A stretch of 64,000 bases of DNA from Eledone cirrhosa (GCA_964016885.1 OZ024742.1:181288001-181352000); one strand, 5' to 3'. Counted from the stretch's first letter, positions 1-22,821 are shown. Notes: generated by a model not told the origin, from the sequence alone. Made by a program: numbers and translations.

Positions 1-520
1 CCTATAGCACAATATAAAGAAATCTCTACCCAACATTAACCAAATAGTGAACATATGATAATAAAAAATAAACATTCTCTACACATATTGTAGTATTTGA
101 ATGTATTTTGCAGCTATTGTAGCCATTGATATCTGAAAGAAAAATGTTTTGCTCTAAGATCGAATATGGACGTATTTCTTTTGCAATTCAATTTTTGCCC
201 AGCTGATATATCTGTTATCGTACAACCACAAAGCATGTCCTGCATATAACACATTGAATTGTGCTGCACTGAATTCTTAATATCTAAAGGTTTAGCTAAA
301 GGAAAAACAAATATATATATATATATGGATATATAGTGTATGTAATTTATAGATAGATAAATTGATAGAGAGAAGAGAAATGGAAATAATCATATTTTGG
401 TTCATAAGCCTTTGACAAAAACATGTGAACATACTAATTTTATCGGAAGTTACTGAGATAAGAGTGGACATGCAAACAAATGAACAGAGCAGCCTATTAT
501 TGTAGTTCTATGTAAATAAT

Positions 521-702
521 TGTTTCTACTTTTGGCACAAGGCCAGCAATTACCCAGTACATTACTGGTACTTTATTTTATCGACCCCCGTAAGGATGAA
601 AGGCAAAGTTAGCCTCAACGGGATTTGAACTCAAACCGTAAAGGGACGTAACTATGCTAGAAAGCATGGCATCCGACTCTCTACAGATACTGCCAATTCA
701 CC
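521..702 (-). mobile_element. tRNA-derived SINE, family A, near full length
   Basis: Minus strand has an A-box-like TGGCAGTATC, B-box GAGTTCAAATCC, central CTTTGCCTTTCATCCTTACGGGGGTCGATAAAATAAAGTACCAG and tail GGCCTTGTGCCAAAAGTAGAAACA. 9-bp TSD GTAAATAAT at 512-520 and 703-711. Close copies at 25508, 40944 and 62141. Confidence 0.9.
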
Positions 703-921
703 GTAAATAATGATGCCAATCATACACACAAAAAACTAGTTTATGGTTTCTATTCTTAAAAAAAATTATTGATGTTATAAACCAGCTGTTCTCTGTGTTT
801 TACCATTACAAACCATTTTGGTAAATCAATAATCTTTCACAATCCTTTACTTAGTATTGAAAAAAAAAAGACAATTTTCGAAACATTTACTAAAAGTATT
901 AATCAAATAAATCTCCAAGAT

Positions 922-1100
922 ATCATCATCACCATCATCATCATCGTTTAACATCCATTTTCCACGCTAGCATGGGTTAAACGTGTTGTCCTATTGAGGC
1001 AAGTTGGGTCAGGTGAATGTTTCTTGTTCAAACAGAACTGTTTCTGGCTTGGTTGCTACGGCTTTTGTCATGACACCTACATGACCACTTTACAGTGTGG
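922..1100 (-). mobile_element. 3' part of a non-autonomous retroposon with (GAT)n tail, probably RTE-related
   Basis: Plus strand (CAT)n CGTTTAACATCCATTTTCCACGCTAGCATGGGTT. The same terminus recurs at about 1930-1980, 24630, 38960, 41340-41419 and 54150. Confidence 0.65.
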
Positions 1101-1214
1101 AATGGAGACAAGGCATGGGGAAAGAGTGGTGTGATCAGATGTGGGTGGGGTGTTAAGGCGTGGGAAATGAATGGAAGGGGGAGGGAGGGTAGTAGTTAAG
1201 ATGGGCATACTAGA

Positions 1215-1758
1215 TGTATGTTCAATCTCTGCTCATTGGAAGTTGGGTCTTCTGCATTGCTGCATAACACCAAAAATCTCAATCCTGTGTCATTGAATTT
1301 GAGAGGTGCAATTGTGCAAGGTCAGTTTTTATCACCTCATCCCAGACCTTCCTGGGTCTTCATACTCCATGACTTCCATGGACATTGACCACCCTGCAAC
1401 TTTTCATACAGCTGTCATCCTTCATATGCATCACATAGCCATACCAACACGATCTCCTCTCTTGCACACTGCATCTGATCTCTCTTTCACCTAATTACTC
1501 TCTTAGTTAATTTATGCTTTGCTGTTCATGTATTAAACATTCATTGGAGCATGCAGGCTTCATTTCTTTTAAATCCTTACAGGTCCTCTGCAGACAGCAC
1601 CAAGATGTCACAACCATGTAACATTGCTGTTCGTACATATGCATCATACAATCTGTACTTCATTTTGAGGGAAGAACTGTTTGTAGCTAGCAGGTGTAGT
1701 AGATGCTTGAACTATCTCCAACCCGTTCTTACTCAGGCTACTGTACTTTCGGAACACC
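1215..1758 (-). pseudogene. Decayed RTE-clade LINE, region C-terminal to the reverse transcriptase
   Basis: Manual minus-strand translation: VRTGWR*FKHLLHLL...KYRLYDAYVRTAMLHGC...RNEACML...IRCSVQERRSCWYGYVMHM...RPRKVWDEVIKTDL. This matches the RTE motifs LYxACVRxAMLxGSETW, RRLRWYGHV and RGRPRKTW. Multiple in-frame stops. Confidence 0.85.
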
Positions 1759-1759
1759 G

Positions 1760-1982
1760 ACAAAAAGCACCCATCCACACTGTAAAGTAGTCGTGTAGGC
1801 TCCACGGTAGAAAAGCACCCAGTACTCACTGCAAATGAGGCATCCAGCTGTAGAAATCAAGCCAAAATCAGTTCCCCTATGAGCAAGACAAGGTCAGCCG
1901 ACTGGACACTGACAACAACAGGACAACCCATCTAACGCATGCTAGTGGGGTTGAACGGACGTAAAACGGTGATGATTATGAT
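1760..1982 (+). mobile_element. (GAT)n-tailed retroposon, 3' part
   Basis: AAAAGCACCCA..ACTGTAAAGT twice, GGCATCCAGCTGTAGAAA, then CATGCTAG...GGACGTAAAACGGTGATGAT. Same family as 41160-41419. Confidence 0.7.
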
Positions 1983-2728
1983 ATATCGTGTTTCTATTTG
2001 TTTTACAAAATTCTTGATGTGAAATCATGCATCAAAATAGATATTGTTTTACTTTGGGAATGTCATGTTGCCAATAAAAACACTCACCAGTTGATATACA
2101 CTTCAATTTTATTATTAGTCAGGTAACTAATCTATTTCTCACTTAGTTTAGTAACCAGATAGTTGCTTCATTGACATATTTTTATTGTCAAATTATTTTG
2201 TCACATGCACGGACATACAGACACAGACACATAAACATGTCAAACACAGAAGCTTGTGTAAGTAGCATCACACAAAGAAACACACACAGACATAACCACA
2301 CATGCATGATCAAACCACATACACATGATAGAAAGACAAGACAGAGTGAATAGAACAAGATTAAGGCAAAGAGGATACAAGAGTAGCAGGTATAATCATT
2401 GAGAAGTTCATAGAATGTGACCCTATTGATGCATAAAATTGCATTGGCTTGAGGTAGCTGATGAGAAAGGTGGATGCTTTTGTTCATTTGTCACATATTT
2501 CGTTTTTTCATGCGCAACTTTGATATGTATATATATGTATATATATACAGTATATATATATGTATATATATATGTAAATATATGTATATATATGTATATA
2601 TATGTAGGAGGTGAGTTTTGTTGTAGTACAATAAAGCAATGCAGATATCGGATAAGAAGCACTCTACAGTTTGTAGGACTGGAGTATACATAATATATAA
2701 GAAAAAAGATGGTTAAAAGAGTTCCATG

Positions 2729-2799
2729 TATTTTATTATGCGCATTTCAAAAACAAATATCATCATGCAATAATATTTGTGTTTTCATCAGATAAAACA
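2729..2799 (-). ncRNA. Type I hammerhead ribozyme motif with palindromic stem III (Penelope-like type)
   Basis: Minus strand: UGUUUUAU-CUGAUGA-[about 15-bp stem II, AAACACAAAUAUUAU with AUGAUAUUUGUUUUU]-GAAA-UGCGCA-UA-AUAAAAUA. Core intact; the stem I halves pair; AUGCGCAU is self-complementary. Confidence 0.75.
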
Positions 2800-2922
2800 G
2801 GAGGACATGATATGAAGGTTAAAAAACACTTGTGGATAGTTCAGTTTTAAATCAACATATCATATGTTGATTTAAAACTGAACTATCCACAAGTGTTTTT
2901 TAACCTTCATATCATGTCCTCC

Positions 2923-2993
2923 TGTTTTATCTGATGAAAACACAAATATTATTACATGATGATATTTGTTTTTGAAATGAGCATAATAAAATA
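2923..2993 (+). ncRNA. Type I hammerhead ribozyme motif, mirror copy with mutated stem III palindrome
   Basis: CTGATGA 2931-2937, stem II 2938-2973, GAAA 2974-2977, TGAGCA, TA 2984-2985, then ATAAAATA pairing with TGTTTTAT 2923-2930. Confidence 0.65.
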
Positions 2994-3033
2994 CATGGAA
3001 CTCTTTTAACCATCTTTTGTTCTTATATATTAT

Positions 3034-3268
3034 ATGTATATATATGTATATGTATATATGTATATGTATATATATGTATATAGTATATGTATATATTATA
3101 TGTATATGTATATATTATATGTATATGTATATATTATATGTATATATGTATATATATATGTATATATGTATATATATATGTATATATGTATATATATATG
3201 TATATATGTATATATATATGTATATATATATGTATATATGTATATATATATGTATATATGTATATATA
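3034..3268. repeat. Interrupted (TA)n microsatellite
   Basis: TA dinucleotides with TG interruptions. Confidence 0.95.
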
Positions 3269-3707
3269 CAAAGGAGCTCTTAAGAGTCAATGGCCATCCA
3301 AAATCACCGGGAGAGATGACCCCTTAGCCTTTGTCAAGGCAGAATTCTAGGAGAAGGAAAACTCTGATATAACACCTGCAACCCTGATGGTATCCAATGA
3401 TGTTGACTTGTTCTTCTTTTTGGTAAATATCATCTTGGTTAAGAGAGTGGGACTGGCTTTGTGCAGTGCCTTTGCTCACTATAAAAGCTTCACGGCACAG
3501 GCATTGCTTTATATCTGGAGATCTCTCTGTATTTGTCGTCACATGGTACCATGGGCCCAGCACTATGTGTCAATAATTGTCACAAGTGTAAGAGCTTTCA
3601 AGTCGCTGGTTGGACTAAAAAGTCACACTCGTTCAGCGCATCAATAGGGGTTCTCCTACATGGATATAAAGTAGTGGCCGTACTCGAAAACGAGTTGGCA
3701 GCCACCA
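3269..3707 (+). mobile_element. Bipartite non-autonomous RTE-derived element, copy 1
   Basis: Highly similar to 8681-9011 and 19022-19457. Contains CTAGGAGAAGGAAAACTCTGA (recalled as an RTE 5'UTR motif), a C2H2-like coding remnant [15 protein letters not shown] and a terminal stem-loop GTGGC-ACTCG-AAAA-CGAGT-GCCAC. (TA)n on both sides. Confidence 0.75.
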
Positions 3708-8680
<4,973 letters not shown>

Positions 8681-9011
8681 TTTTTTGGTAAATAGCATCT
8701 TGGTTAAGAGAGTGGGACTGGCTTTGTGCAGTGCCTTTGCTCACTATAAAAGCTTCACGGCACAGGCATTGCTTTATATCTGGAGATCTCTCTGCACTTG
8801 TCCTCACATGGGCCCAGCACTATGTGTCAATAATTGTCCTACCATGGGCCTAGCACTATGTGTCAATAATTGTCACAGGTGTAGTGTTTGTACCAGAGGT
8901 TTCAAGTCGCTGGCTGGACTAAAAAGTCACACTCGTTCAGCGCTTCGGTAGGGGTTATCATACATGGATGTAAAGTAGTGGCCGTACTCGAAAACGAGTT
9001 GGCAGCCACCA
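8681..9011 (+). mobile_element. Bipartite RTE-derived element, copy 2 (5'-truncated, small internal duplication)
   Basis: Aligns to 3416-3707. CATGGGCC(C/T)AGCACTATGTGTCAATAATTGTC is duplicated. Encodes [21 protein letters not shown]. Same 3' end GGCAGCCACCA then (TA)n. Confidence 0.75.
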
Positions 9012-13960
<4,949 letters not shown>

Positions 13961-14319
13961 ATACCGTCTCTGCATATGCATGTGGTGTGTATACGTGCAT
14001 ATACATGCTGAACATATTGATGTGTACAATCTTGTGATGTCCCAATGCGGTGACTTAATGGCTTTTTATATATCTTCTGTCTTTTTATATATATTTTGTA
14101 TGCGCTACAACTGTGTCTGCTTGCTTTAACCTCACCTCGCTTGCTAATGCATGTGAATTCTTCTACCTCCTTCGATGCACCTCTCTGACCAATTGACTCC
14201 TGCCCGTGTGTGAACCGGTTTGTGATTACCCCACCGCTCAACTGTACGAATGCACACCCATGACTTTCGAGTGAACTTTCGAGACTGCCCAACCTGGAAC
14301 GCCTCCATTGCCTTGCAAT

Positions 14320-14480
14320 GGTCAAGTGATACTGGTGACTGTGACACTTAGTGCCTTCGTGGGCCCCTGATGTTTTCATGAAATATATTTAAAAAAATTG
14401 GTCAAGTGATACACATAACTGTGACATTTAGTGCCTTCGTGGGCCCCTGATATATTCAAGAGATATATTCTTAAAAAATA
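14320..14480. repeat. Two-copy tandem duplication of about 80 bp
   Basis: GGTCAAGTGATAC...ACTGTGACA(C/T)TTAGTGCCTTCGTGGGCCCCTGAT at 14320 and 14400. Confidence 0.85.
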
Positions 14481-14494
14481 TATATCTTATCTCA

Positions 14495-14562
14495 ATTTAC
14501 TTTATTTCATTTTATTTCATTTCATGTTATCTAATTTTATTTATTTACTTACTTGACTCCAT

Positions 14563-14598
<36 letters not shown>

Positions 14599-14960
14599 AT
14601 TTAAATTTAAATTTTAATTTTAAAATTTTAAGATTTTAAAATTTAAATTTAAATTTTATTTATTTATTTAATTTTTATTTATTTATTTATTTATTTATTT
14701 TATTTAATTACATTTAATTACATTTAATTATACATTTAATTATATCTTATATTATATTATTTTAATTTAGTCTATGTTATTTGATTTTAGTTTACCTTAT
14801 TTTATCTTATTTTACGATTATACTATATTATGTTCTATGTATATAATTTTTAATTTTTAATTTTATATTATTTTATCTCATTCCTTACCCTATATTTTAT
14901 ATTTTATATGTAAGTTTGTTATGTATTTCTTTGTATTTCTTTTTATATATATTATAAGTC
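14495..14960. repeat. T/A-rich low-complexity tract, (ATTT)n-like
   Basis: Runs of TTTA and TTTAA. Confidence 0.85.
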
Positions 14961-15016
14961 TGTTTTTCACCTATTTTTTACCTATTTTTTACCTACTCTT
15001 ACCTAATCCCATTATC

Positions 15017-15588
15017 TTATCTACTCTTGTCTGTTTTTATCCTTGAATTCTCACACCTTATTTGCGAGAGCCATTGCTGTTCTTTTATCGGAGTGTTTAA
15101 AAGAAGCGACATGTGCATAAAACCTGGTTTAAACCTGTCCTGAGTCATGCCAACATATCGTTCACTCCTGGCTGGCTGGTTGCTCATTAAAGGTGTCACT
15201 TTGGCCTCATATACAATGGATTTGGTGTTACATTTGCCCTGTAATGGGCATTCATCCGGCTTCCTGCAACTGCATCCTGGGTTTATTCTCGTACGATTAG
15301 AATTGGTGATTTTAGACTTCATTGATGGGCAGCAAGAGTAACTGATTTTAACTATATTTCTATTAAATATATTATGATATCTATGATTAGGAGGAAAATG
15401 TTTGTCTAAGAGGTCAAGGAATTTCCTTCCTACATTAGTTTTGACAGTTAGAGAGAAGGGGGGGGGGGGTGTAAACCAAATAATTTTCCTTTTCCTATTA
15501 TTGTGCTTAGTTTTAGAGGGAGGAGTAGGTAAATAATTAATGTGTTCTGTAAATCCGCTGTTATTAAATGCTTTATTATAATATGTCT
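15017..15588 (-). pseudogene. Penelope-like element (Neptune-type) fragment: RT linker plus GIY-YIG endonuclease
   Basis: Minus strand reads [11 protein letters not shown]...[11 protein letters not shown]-(poly-C slip)[49 protein letters not shown]...CSCRKPDECPLQGKCNTKSIVYEAKV...YVGMTQDRFK. This is the CxC-x4-CPLxGxC linker followed by a GIY-YIG domain. Frameshifted and truncated. Confidence 0.88.
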
Positions 15589-15740
15589 AGAGACGAAGAT
15601 ATATATGTATATAGATATATGTATATATATATATGTATATATATATATGTATATATATATATATGTATATAGATATATATAAATATAAATATATATATAT
15701 ATGTATATATGTATATAGATATATATATGTATATATATAT

Positions 15741-16399
15741 ATGAAAGACGTAAAATAAGAAAATTATAAAAATTAACTTACTAAAATTTCACTCCAACTA
15801 ATTACTTTCTGAAAGGGAATAAACATGGTTTCCGAATGGAACATGGAGAATACCTTTCGTCATCCGGAAGTCAATTCTCAGCTAAGTTCCCAGGCGATGC
15901 GGGGACACAGGGAACTTATACAAAAATAATTCAGTGGATGGAAAAAAGCAAGCAAGGACTAAATTCCAGGACATTGAAAAAATCACTGCCTACTTGGTCG
16001 GTGGCAAATTCAAAAGAATCATTCACGTGACATCGAGGTTAATCAGTGAGGAGTGGGGTGTAATAAGACAGTAGCCTGAATATTACTAAGAACTATAGTA
16101 GTAGTTTTGGCAAATTTTTGCTCAACAAAATAATTTGGAGTTAATTATAAAGAATTAGTATATCTACCAACATATGTATACAGATGCATACCCATGCTAG
16201 CAAATATATAGGTTTTGTCTTAGTAACTTTGTGGTTCAATGCAAGGAGATGCAGAACAATTATATGAAAGACGTAAAATAAGAAAATTATAAAATTAACT
16301 TACTTACTAAAATTTCACTCCAACTAATTAGTTTCTGAAAGGGAATAAACATTGTTTCCGAATGGAACATGGAGAATATGATGACGAAAGGTATTCTCC

Positions 16400-16401
<2 letters not shown>
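15741..16401. mobile_element. Element bounded by about 112-bp direct repeats with a terminal 22-bp inversion (possible Penelope-like pseudo-LTR structure)
   Basis: 15741-15852 repeats at 16264-16378. 16380-16401 is the exact reverse complement of 15843-15864. (TA)n on both sides. Confidence 0.5.
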
Positions 16402-16467
<66 letters not shown>

Positions 16468-16654
16468 GTATATATATAGAAATCCCGGATAATGCCTCCG
16501 TAAACAATAACTCTCTACTCGAGTGGGCCATCGTGCCCAAATACTGATTTGTAAGACTTCGCCAGTTGGTGCTATTAAGTTATACATGGCCTGGGCCAAT
16601 ACTGGCCGAAACCTATCAAGGTTATTAAAGTTATATATATATATATGTATCTAT

Positions 16655-17047
16655 CTAAGGCGGGTTAAATTCCCGAGATCCATGGACGAGTTCTCTCAAG
16701 CGGTCTCTGTCCCTCATTATCGCTGCCATGTCCTGTGTCTCCAACAGACCAGTGTCTGTGCTTAGGGCATCAACATACGTTAACCTTGGTCTTCCTTTTC
16801 TAGTGTGTCCATGTAGGGGCTTCCACAGGAGCACTGAGTGCAATGTCAACTCTGGATGTCGGTGAGCATGTCCAGCTAACCTCAGTCTCCTCTCTGTCAC
16901 TTTTGAGCTGACTTTTGGGATGTTCCCATACAGCTCTGAGTTTTTCATCCTCAGTGTATACTGATTAATGTTCAGAGCCCTCCTCAGCATTCTCGTGTAG
17001 CACCCATCCACCATCTGAGTGAGTTTCTTGGTCAGTGTCCAAGTCTC
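16655..17047 (-). pseudogene. 5'-truncated RTE/RTE-X-like LINE 3' end
   Basis: Uninterrupted frame [26 protein letters not shown]...[26 protein letters not shown]...[28 protein letters not shown]...DRDRLRELV. The stop is followed almost directly by (TA)n; the 5' junction is also in (TA)n. Confidence 0.9.
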
Positions 17048-19021
<1,974 letters not shown>

Positions 19022-19457
19022 GTCAGGTCACCAGTTGGTGCTACTGGTAACATGTATGCCAATACAACCTGTCTCATGGTCGGGTCGTTGGCGACTAAAC
19101 TGGCAACCCCACCAAGGTTTCTTGTTGAGGAGGGTGACTTTGGACATCCTGCAGGACTAAAAACAAAACCTGTCAAAGGGCAAAGGAGCTCTTAAGAGTC
19201 AATGGCCATCCAAAATCACCGGGAGAGATGACCCCTTAGCCTTTGTCAAGGCAGAATTCTAGGAGAAGGAAAACTCTGATATAACATCTGCAACCCTGAT
19301 GGTATCGAATGATGTTGACTTGTTCTTCTCTTTGGTAAATATCATCTTGGTTAAGAGAGTGGTACTGGCTTTGTGCAGTGCCTTTGCTCACTATAAAAGC
19401 TTCACGGCACAGGCATTGCTTTATATCTGGAGATCTCACTGCACTTGTCGTCACATG
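19022..19457 (+). mobile_element. Bipartite RTE-derived element, copy 3 (longest 5' end, cut by the gap)
   Basis: 19181-19457 aligns to 3269-3545, with an extra leader of about 160 nt. Starts at the edge of (TA)n. Confidence 0.75.
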
Positions 19458-19657
19458 NNNNNNNNNNNNNNNNNNNNNNNNNNNNNNNNNNNNNNNNNNN
19501 NNNNNNNNNNNNNNNNNNNNNNNNNNNNNNNNNNNNNNNNNNNNNNNNNNNNNNNNNNNNNNNNNNNNNNNNNNNNNNNNNNNNNNNNNNNNNNNNNNNN
19601 NNNNNNNNNNNNNNNNNNNNNNNNNNNNNNNNNNNNNNNNNNNNNNNNNNNNNNNNN
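19458..19657. other. Assembly gap, 200 N
   Basis: The round fixed length is typical of scaffolding, so true distance and continuity are unknown. Confidence 0.99.
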
Positions 19658-19735
19658 AGTACATCGCACCTTTGTCAGTGTTGAACAAAAGGGCGACGTT
19701 TACAAACAAACCGAACATTATAATCATTATAATAA

Positions 19736-20025
19736 ACTAGACCACCCGTGACCTTTTGGGTCAGGTTCACTTTAAAATATTTTTTTTTAAATCGTTATCA
19801 CTTAAAAATAATTTTTAAATAATAAAAATATACACAGACATGTATATAATGTGAAATGAAACTGGAAGGCCTATATATATATACATGAGTGTATGTATAT
19901 ATATATGTGTGTGTGTGTAAACATATACATATACATGTATGTGTGTGTATATTTCTATATGTGGATGTCTATGATCTACATGCACTGGTCATAAACACAC
20001 ACATATATATATATATTCACACACA

Positions 20026-20069
<44 letters not shown>

Positions 20070-20391
20070 ACAGCACCACCAGCTCTCTTCCATTTTCATT
20101 CTCTGTCTCCTCTCCCACTTTCTGGCTCTCTTTCAATCTACTCTCTCACAACCACTATCTCATTCTCTCTATCTTTTTCTCTCTTTGTTTACTTTGTTTA
20201 TGAAGGCACCAGGAAAAACCCCATATGTCGGGAATCCGCGCTCCGATTTATGCGAAATTTGTTTTGTTCCATTTGTATTCCCATTTCAGGGTCAACTTCC
20301 TTTCAAAGTATTTTCCCATTATGCGCCCTTTTGGATGTATTACATTACAGATAAGCAAGCAAGCAATCAATCACAGACTTTTAGTATTATA
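19736..20391 (+). mobile_element. Possible non-autonomous Helitron/Helentron-like (DINE-1/HINE-like) element
   Basis: Starts ACTAG..ACCCGTGACC..GGTCA and ends with a tetranucleotide run (AAGC/AATC) plus ACTTTTAGTATTATA. A similar end lies at about 21395-21445. Resemblance in architecture only. Confidence 0.3.
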
Positions 20392-20902
20392 AAAAATGTA
20401 TACACCATTCTAATATATATATTGCCTGTACAGGTAATCAAAATGTGTATACATTTTTCCGGGACACCATATATATATATATACCGGTGTCCCTAAAAAT
20501 GTATACACTATTCTAATATATATATTGCCTGTACAGGTAATCAAAGTGTGTATACATTTTTCAGGGACACCATATATATATATATATATATATACCGGGG
20601 TCCCTAAAAATGCATACACCATTCTAATATATATATTGCCTGTACAGGTAATCAAAGTGTGTATACATTTTTCAGGGACACCATATATATATATATATAT
20701 ATATATATACCGAGGTCCCTAAAAATGTATACACCATTCTAATATATATATATTGCCTGTACAGGTAATCAAAATGTGTATACATTTTTCTGGAACACCA
20801 TATATATATATATATACCGGTGTCCCTAAAAATGTATACACTATTCTAATATATATATTGCCTGTACAGGTAATCAAAGTGTGTATACATTTTTCAGGGA
20901 CA

Positions 20903-20947
<45 letters not shown>

Positions 20948-21354
20948 GAGGTCCCTAAAAATGTATACACCATTCTAATATATATATTGCCTGTACAGGT
21001 AATCAAAGTGTGTATACATTTTTCGGGGACACCATATATATATACCGGGGTCCCTAAAAAGTATACACCATTCTAATATATATACTGCTTGTACAGGTAA
21101 TCAAAGTGTGTATACATTTTTCGGGGACACCATATATATATATACCGGGGTCCCTAAAAATGTATACACCATTCTAATATATATATTGCCTGTACAGGTA
21201 ATCAAAGTGTGTATACATTTTTCGGGGACACTAAATATATATACATATATATATAATAATACTGGAGTCCCTAAAAATGTATACACCATCCTAACAAATA
21301 ATGCATGTATAGGCAATCAAAGTGGGTATACATTTTTGTGGGGACAACCTGTAT
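20391..21354. repeat. Tandem array (9 units) of an 85-90-bp Tc1/mariner-type MITE separated by variable (TA)n
   Basis: Unit: TA-CCGGTGTCCCTAAAAATGTATACAC...GTGTATACATTTTTCAGGGACACC-(AT)n, with about 24-bp inverted ends. The first unit is truncated; the last ends CCTG-TA. Confidence 0.8.
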
Positions 21355-21489
21355 ATACACAAATATGAACATATATATATAGAGAGAAAGTGTGTGCAAG
21401 CAAGCAACCAACCAAGATCAGAGTTTTAGTAGTATATAGATAGATAGATGTTCGGTAAACCCATACGTATATGTGTGCATGTATGTATA

Positions 21490-21929
21490 TATATATACAT
21501 ACTACAGTACGTCTGTACACATATATGTATGTACGTATATATATATACATACTACTGTACGTCTGTACACATATATGTATGTACGTATATATATATATAT
21601 ATATACATACTACTGTACGTCTGTACACATATATGTATGTACGTATATATATATATATATACATACTACTGTACGTCTGTACACATATGTATGTACGTAT
21701 ATATATATATATATACATACTACTGTACGTCTGTACACATATGTATGTACGTATATATATATATATATACATACTACTGTACGTCTGTACACATATGTAT
21801 GTACGTATATATATATATACACACTACTGCACGTCTGTACACATATGTATGTACGTATATATATATACATACTACTGTACGTCTGTACACATATGTATGT
21901 ACGTATATATATATATATATATATATATA
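21490..21929. repeat. Minisatellite, about 8 copies of CATACTACTGTACGTCTGTACACATATGTATGTACG(TA)n
   Basis: Direct reading. Unit about 50-58 bp because the TA part varies. Confidence 0.92.
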
Positions 21930-22091
21930 GGAAAAAGTTTAACCGCGATTGCAGAGCTCAAGCCGTTTCGACGGCTATTCTGTGGTAAGGAACCAGATGA
22001 ACCATAGCGCACCAGAGTACTCAATACTTAGGTAGTCCAGAAATAGCCGTCGAAATGGCTTGAGCTCTGCCGTCGGGGTTAAACTTTTTCC
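21930..22091. mobile_element. 162-bp fold-back element with 50-bp inverted ends
   Basis: 21930-21979 against the reverse complement of 22042-22091: 4 mismatches. TA-rich flanks. Confidence 0.7.
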
Positions 22092-22784
22092 AATATATAC
22101 AGTCAAACTTTTCCCTGAGTCGGTTTTTTCGTTGTTCTGGTCCTAGCGGCTCGCTTTTCCGTCGCTGGCTTCAATTTGCATAGGTGTCTAAACGTCATGT
22201 TATAACTCTAAGGTAAAATTCCTTATTGAGTCCTTTTGGCTGCACTTCCCGACAGCATTCGTTAGCTTGCCCACAACCAGAGCTTCGATTATGCTGTACT
22301 ACCTTCTTATATATATATATACGTACATGCATACACATACGTACATAGATATACAAGTATATATATAGAGAGAGAGGGAAAGAGACACACACAACACATT
22401 ATATCATACGCTAAGCAGTAAAAGTGTAACTGTAGAGCAGGGAATATTGAAATAATGTGGGTGTAATTAAGTTTGTAGCTGGGTAGGGTTGTACAAAGGT
22501 AAATAAATTATGTAGACTTTTTGGTCTCAAACAGGTGGGTATGTAATAAATGAGTCAGTTGTTTCAGGTATAATTATGTTCTGGTAGACAAGTAAAGATA
22601 TGAAGGAAAGCTTAACAACATAGAGAGACTGCTGTCATGCGTTACGCTGCATGAGTCTGAAGTTGTGTTTATTGTACATCCGTCTTTTACACACACACAC
22701 ATAATGACAATTTCTTTTCTTTTACAACCTTGCCACCAGGAAGGTGGCCGGTCAAAAAGATATACTCGAAATTAAGAGAAAGAG

Positions 22785-22818
<34 letters not shown>

Positions 22819-22821
<3 letters not shown>

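Larger units (their letters stand above)
2690..3033. repeat. Near-perfect palindrome, about 171-bp arms with a 1-nt centre at 2861
   Basis: 2690-2860 is the reverse complement of 2862-3033. I count two substitutions and one 1-nt indel. Confidence 0.97.

Noticed and set aside
1-146. Strong minus-strand acceptor TTTTTCTTTCAG at 133-144
   Set aside because: All three frames stop within about 100 nt and no good donor is visible, so it cannot be called an exon.
2458-2490. CTGATGA followed by a short stem
   Set aside because: No GAAA after the stem, so it is not a hammerhead.
20391-21929. CRISPR-like look of constant repeats with variable spacers
   Set aside because: Spacers are just (TA)n of varying length, the context is eukaryotic and there are no cas genes.
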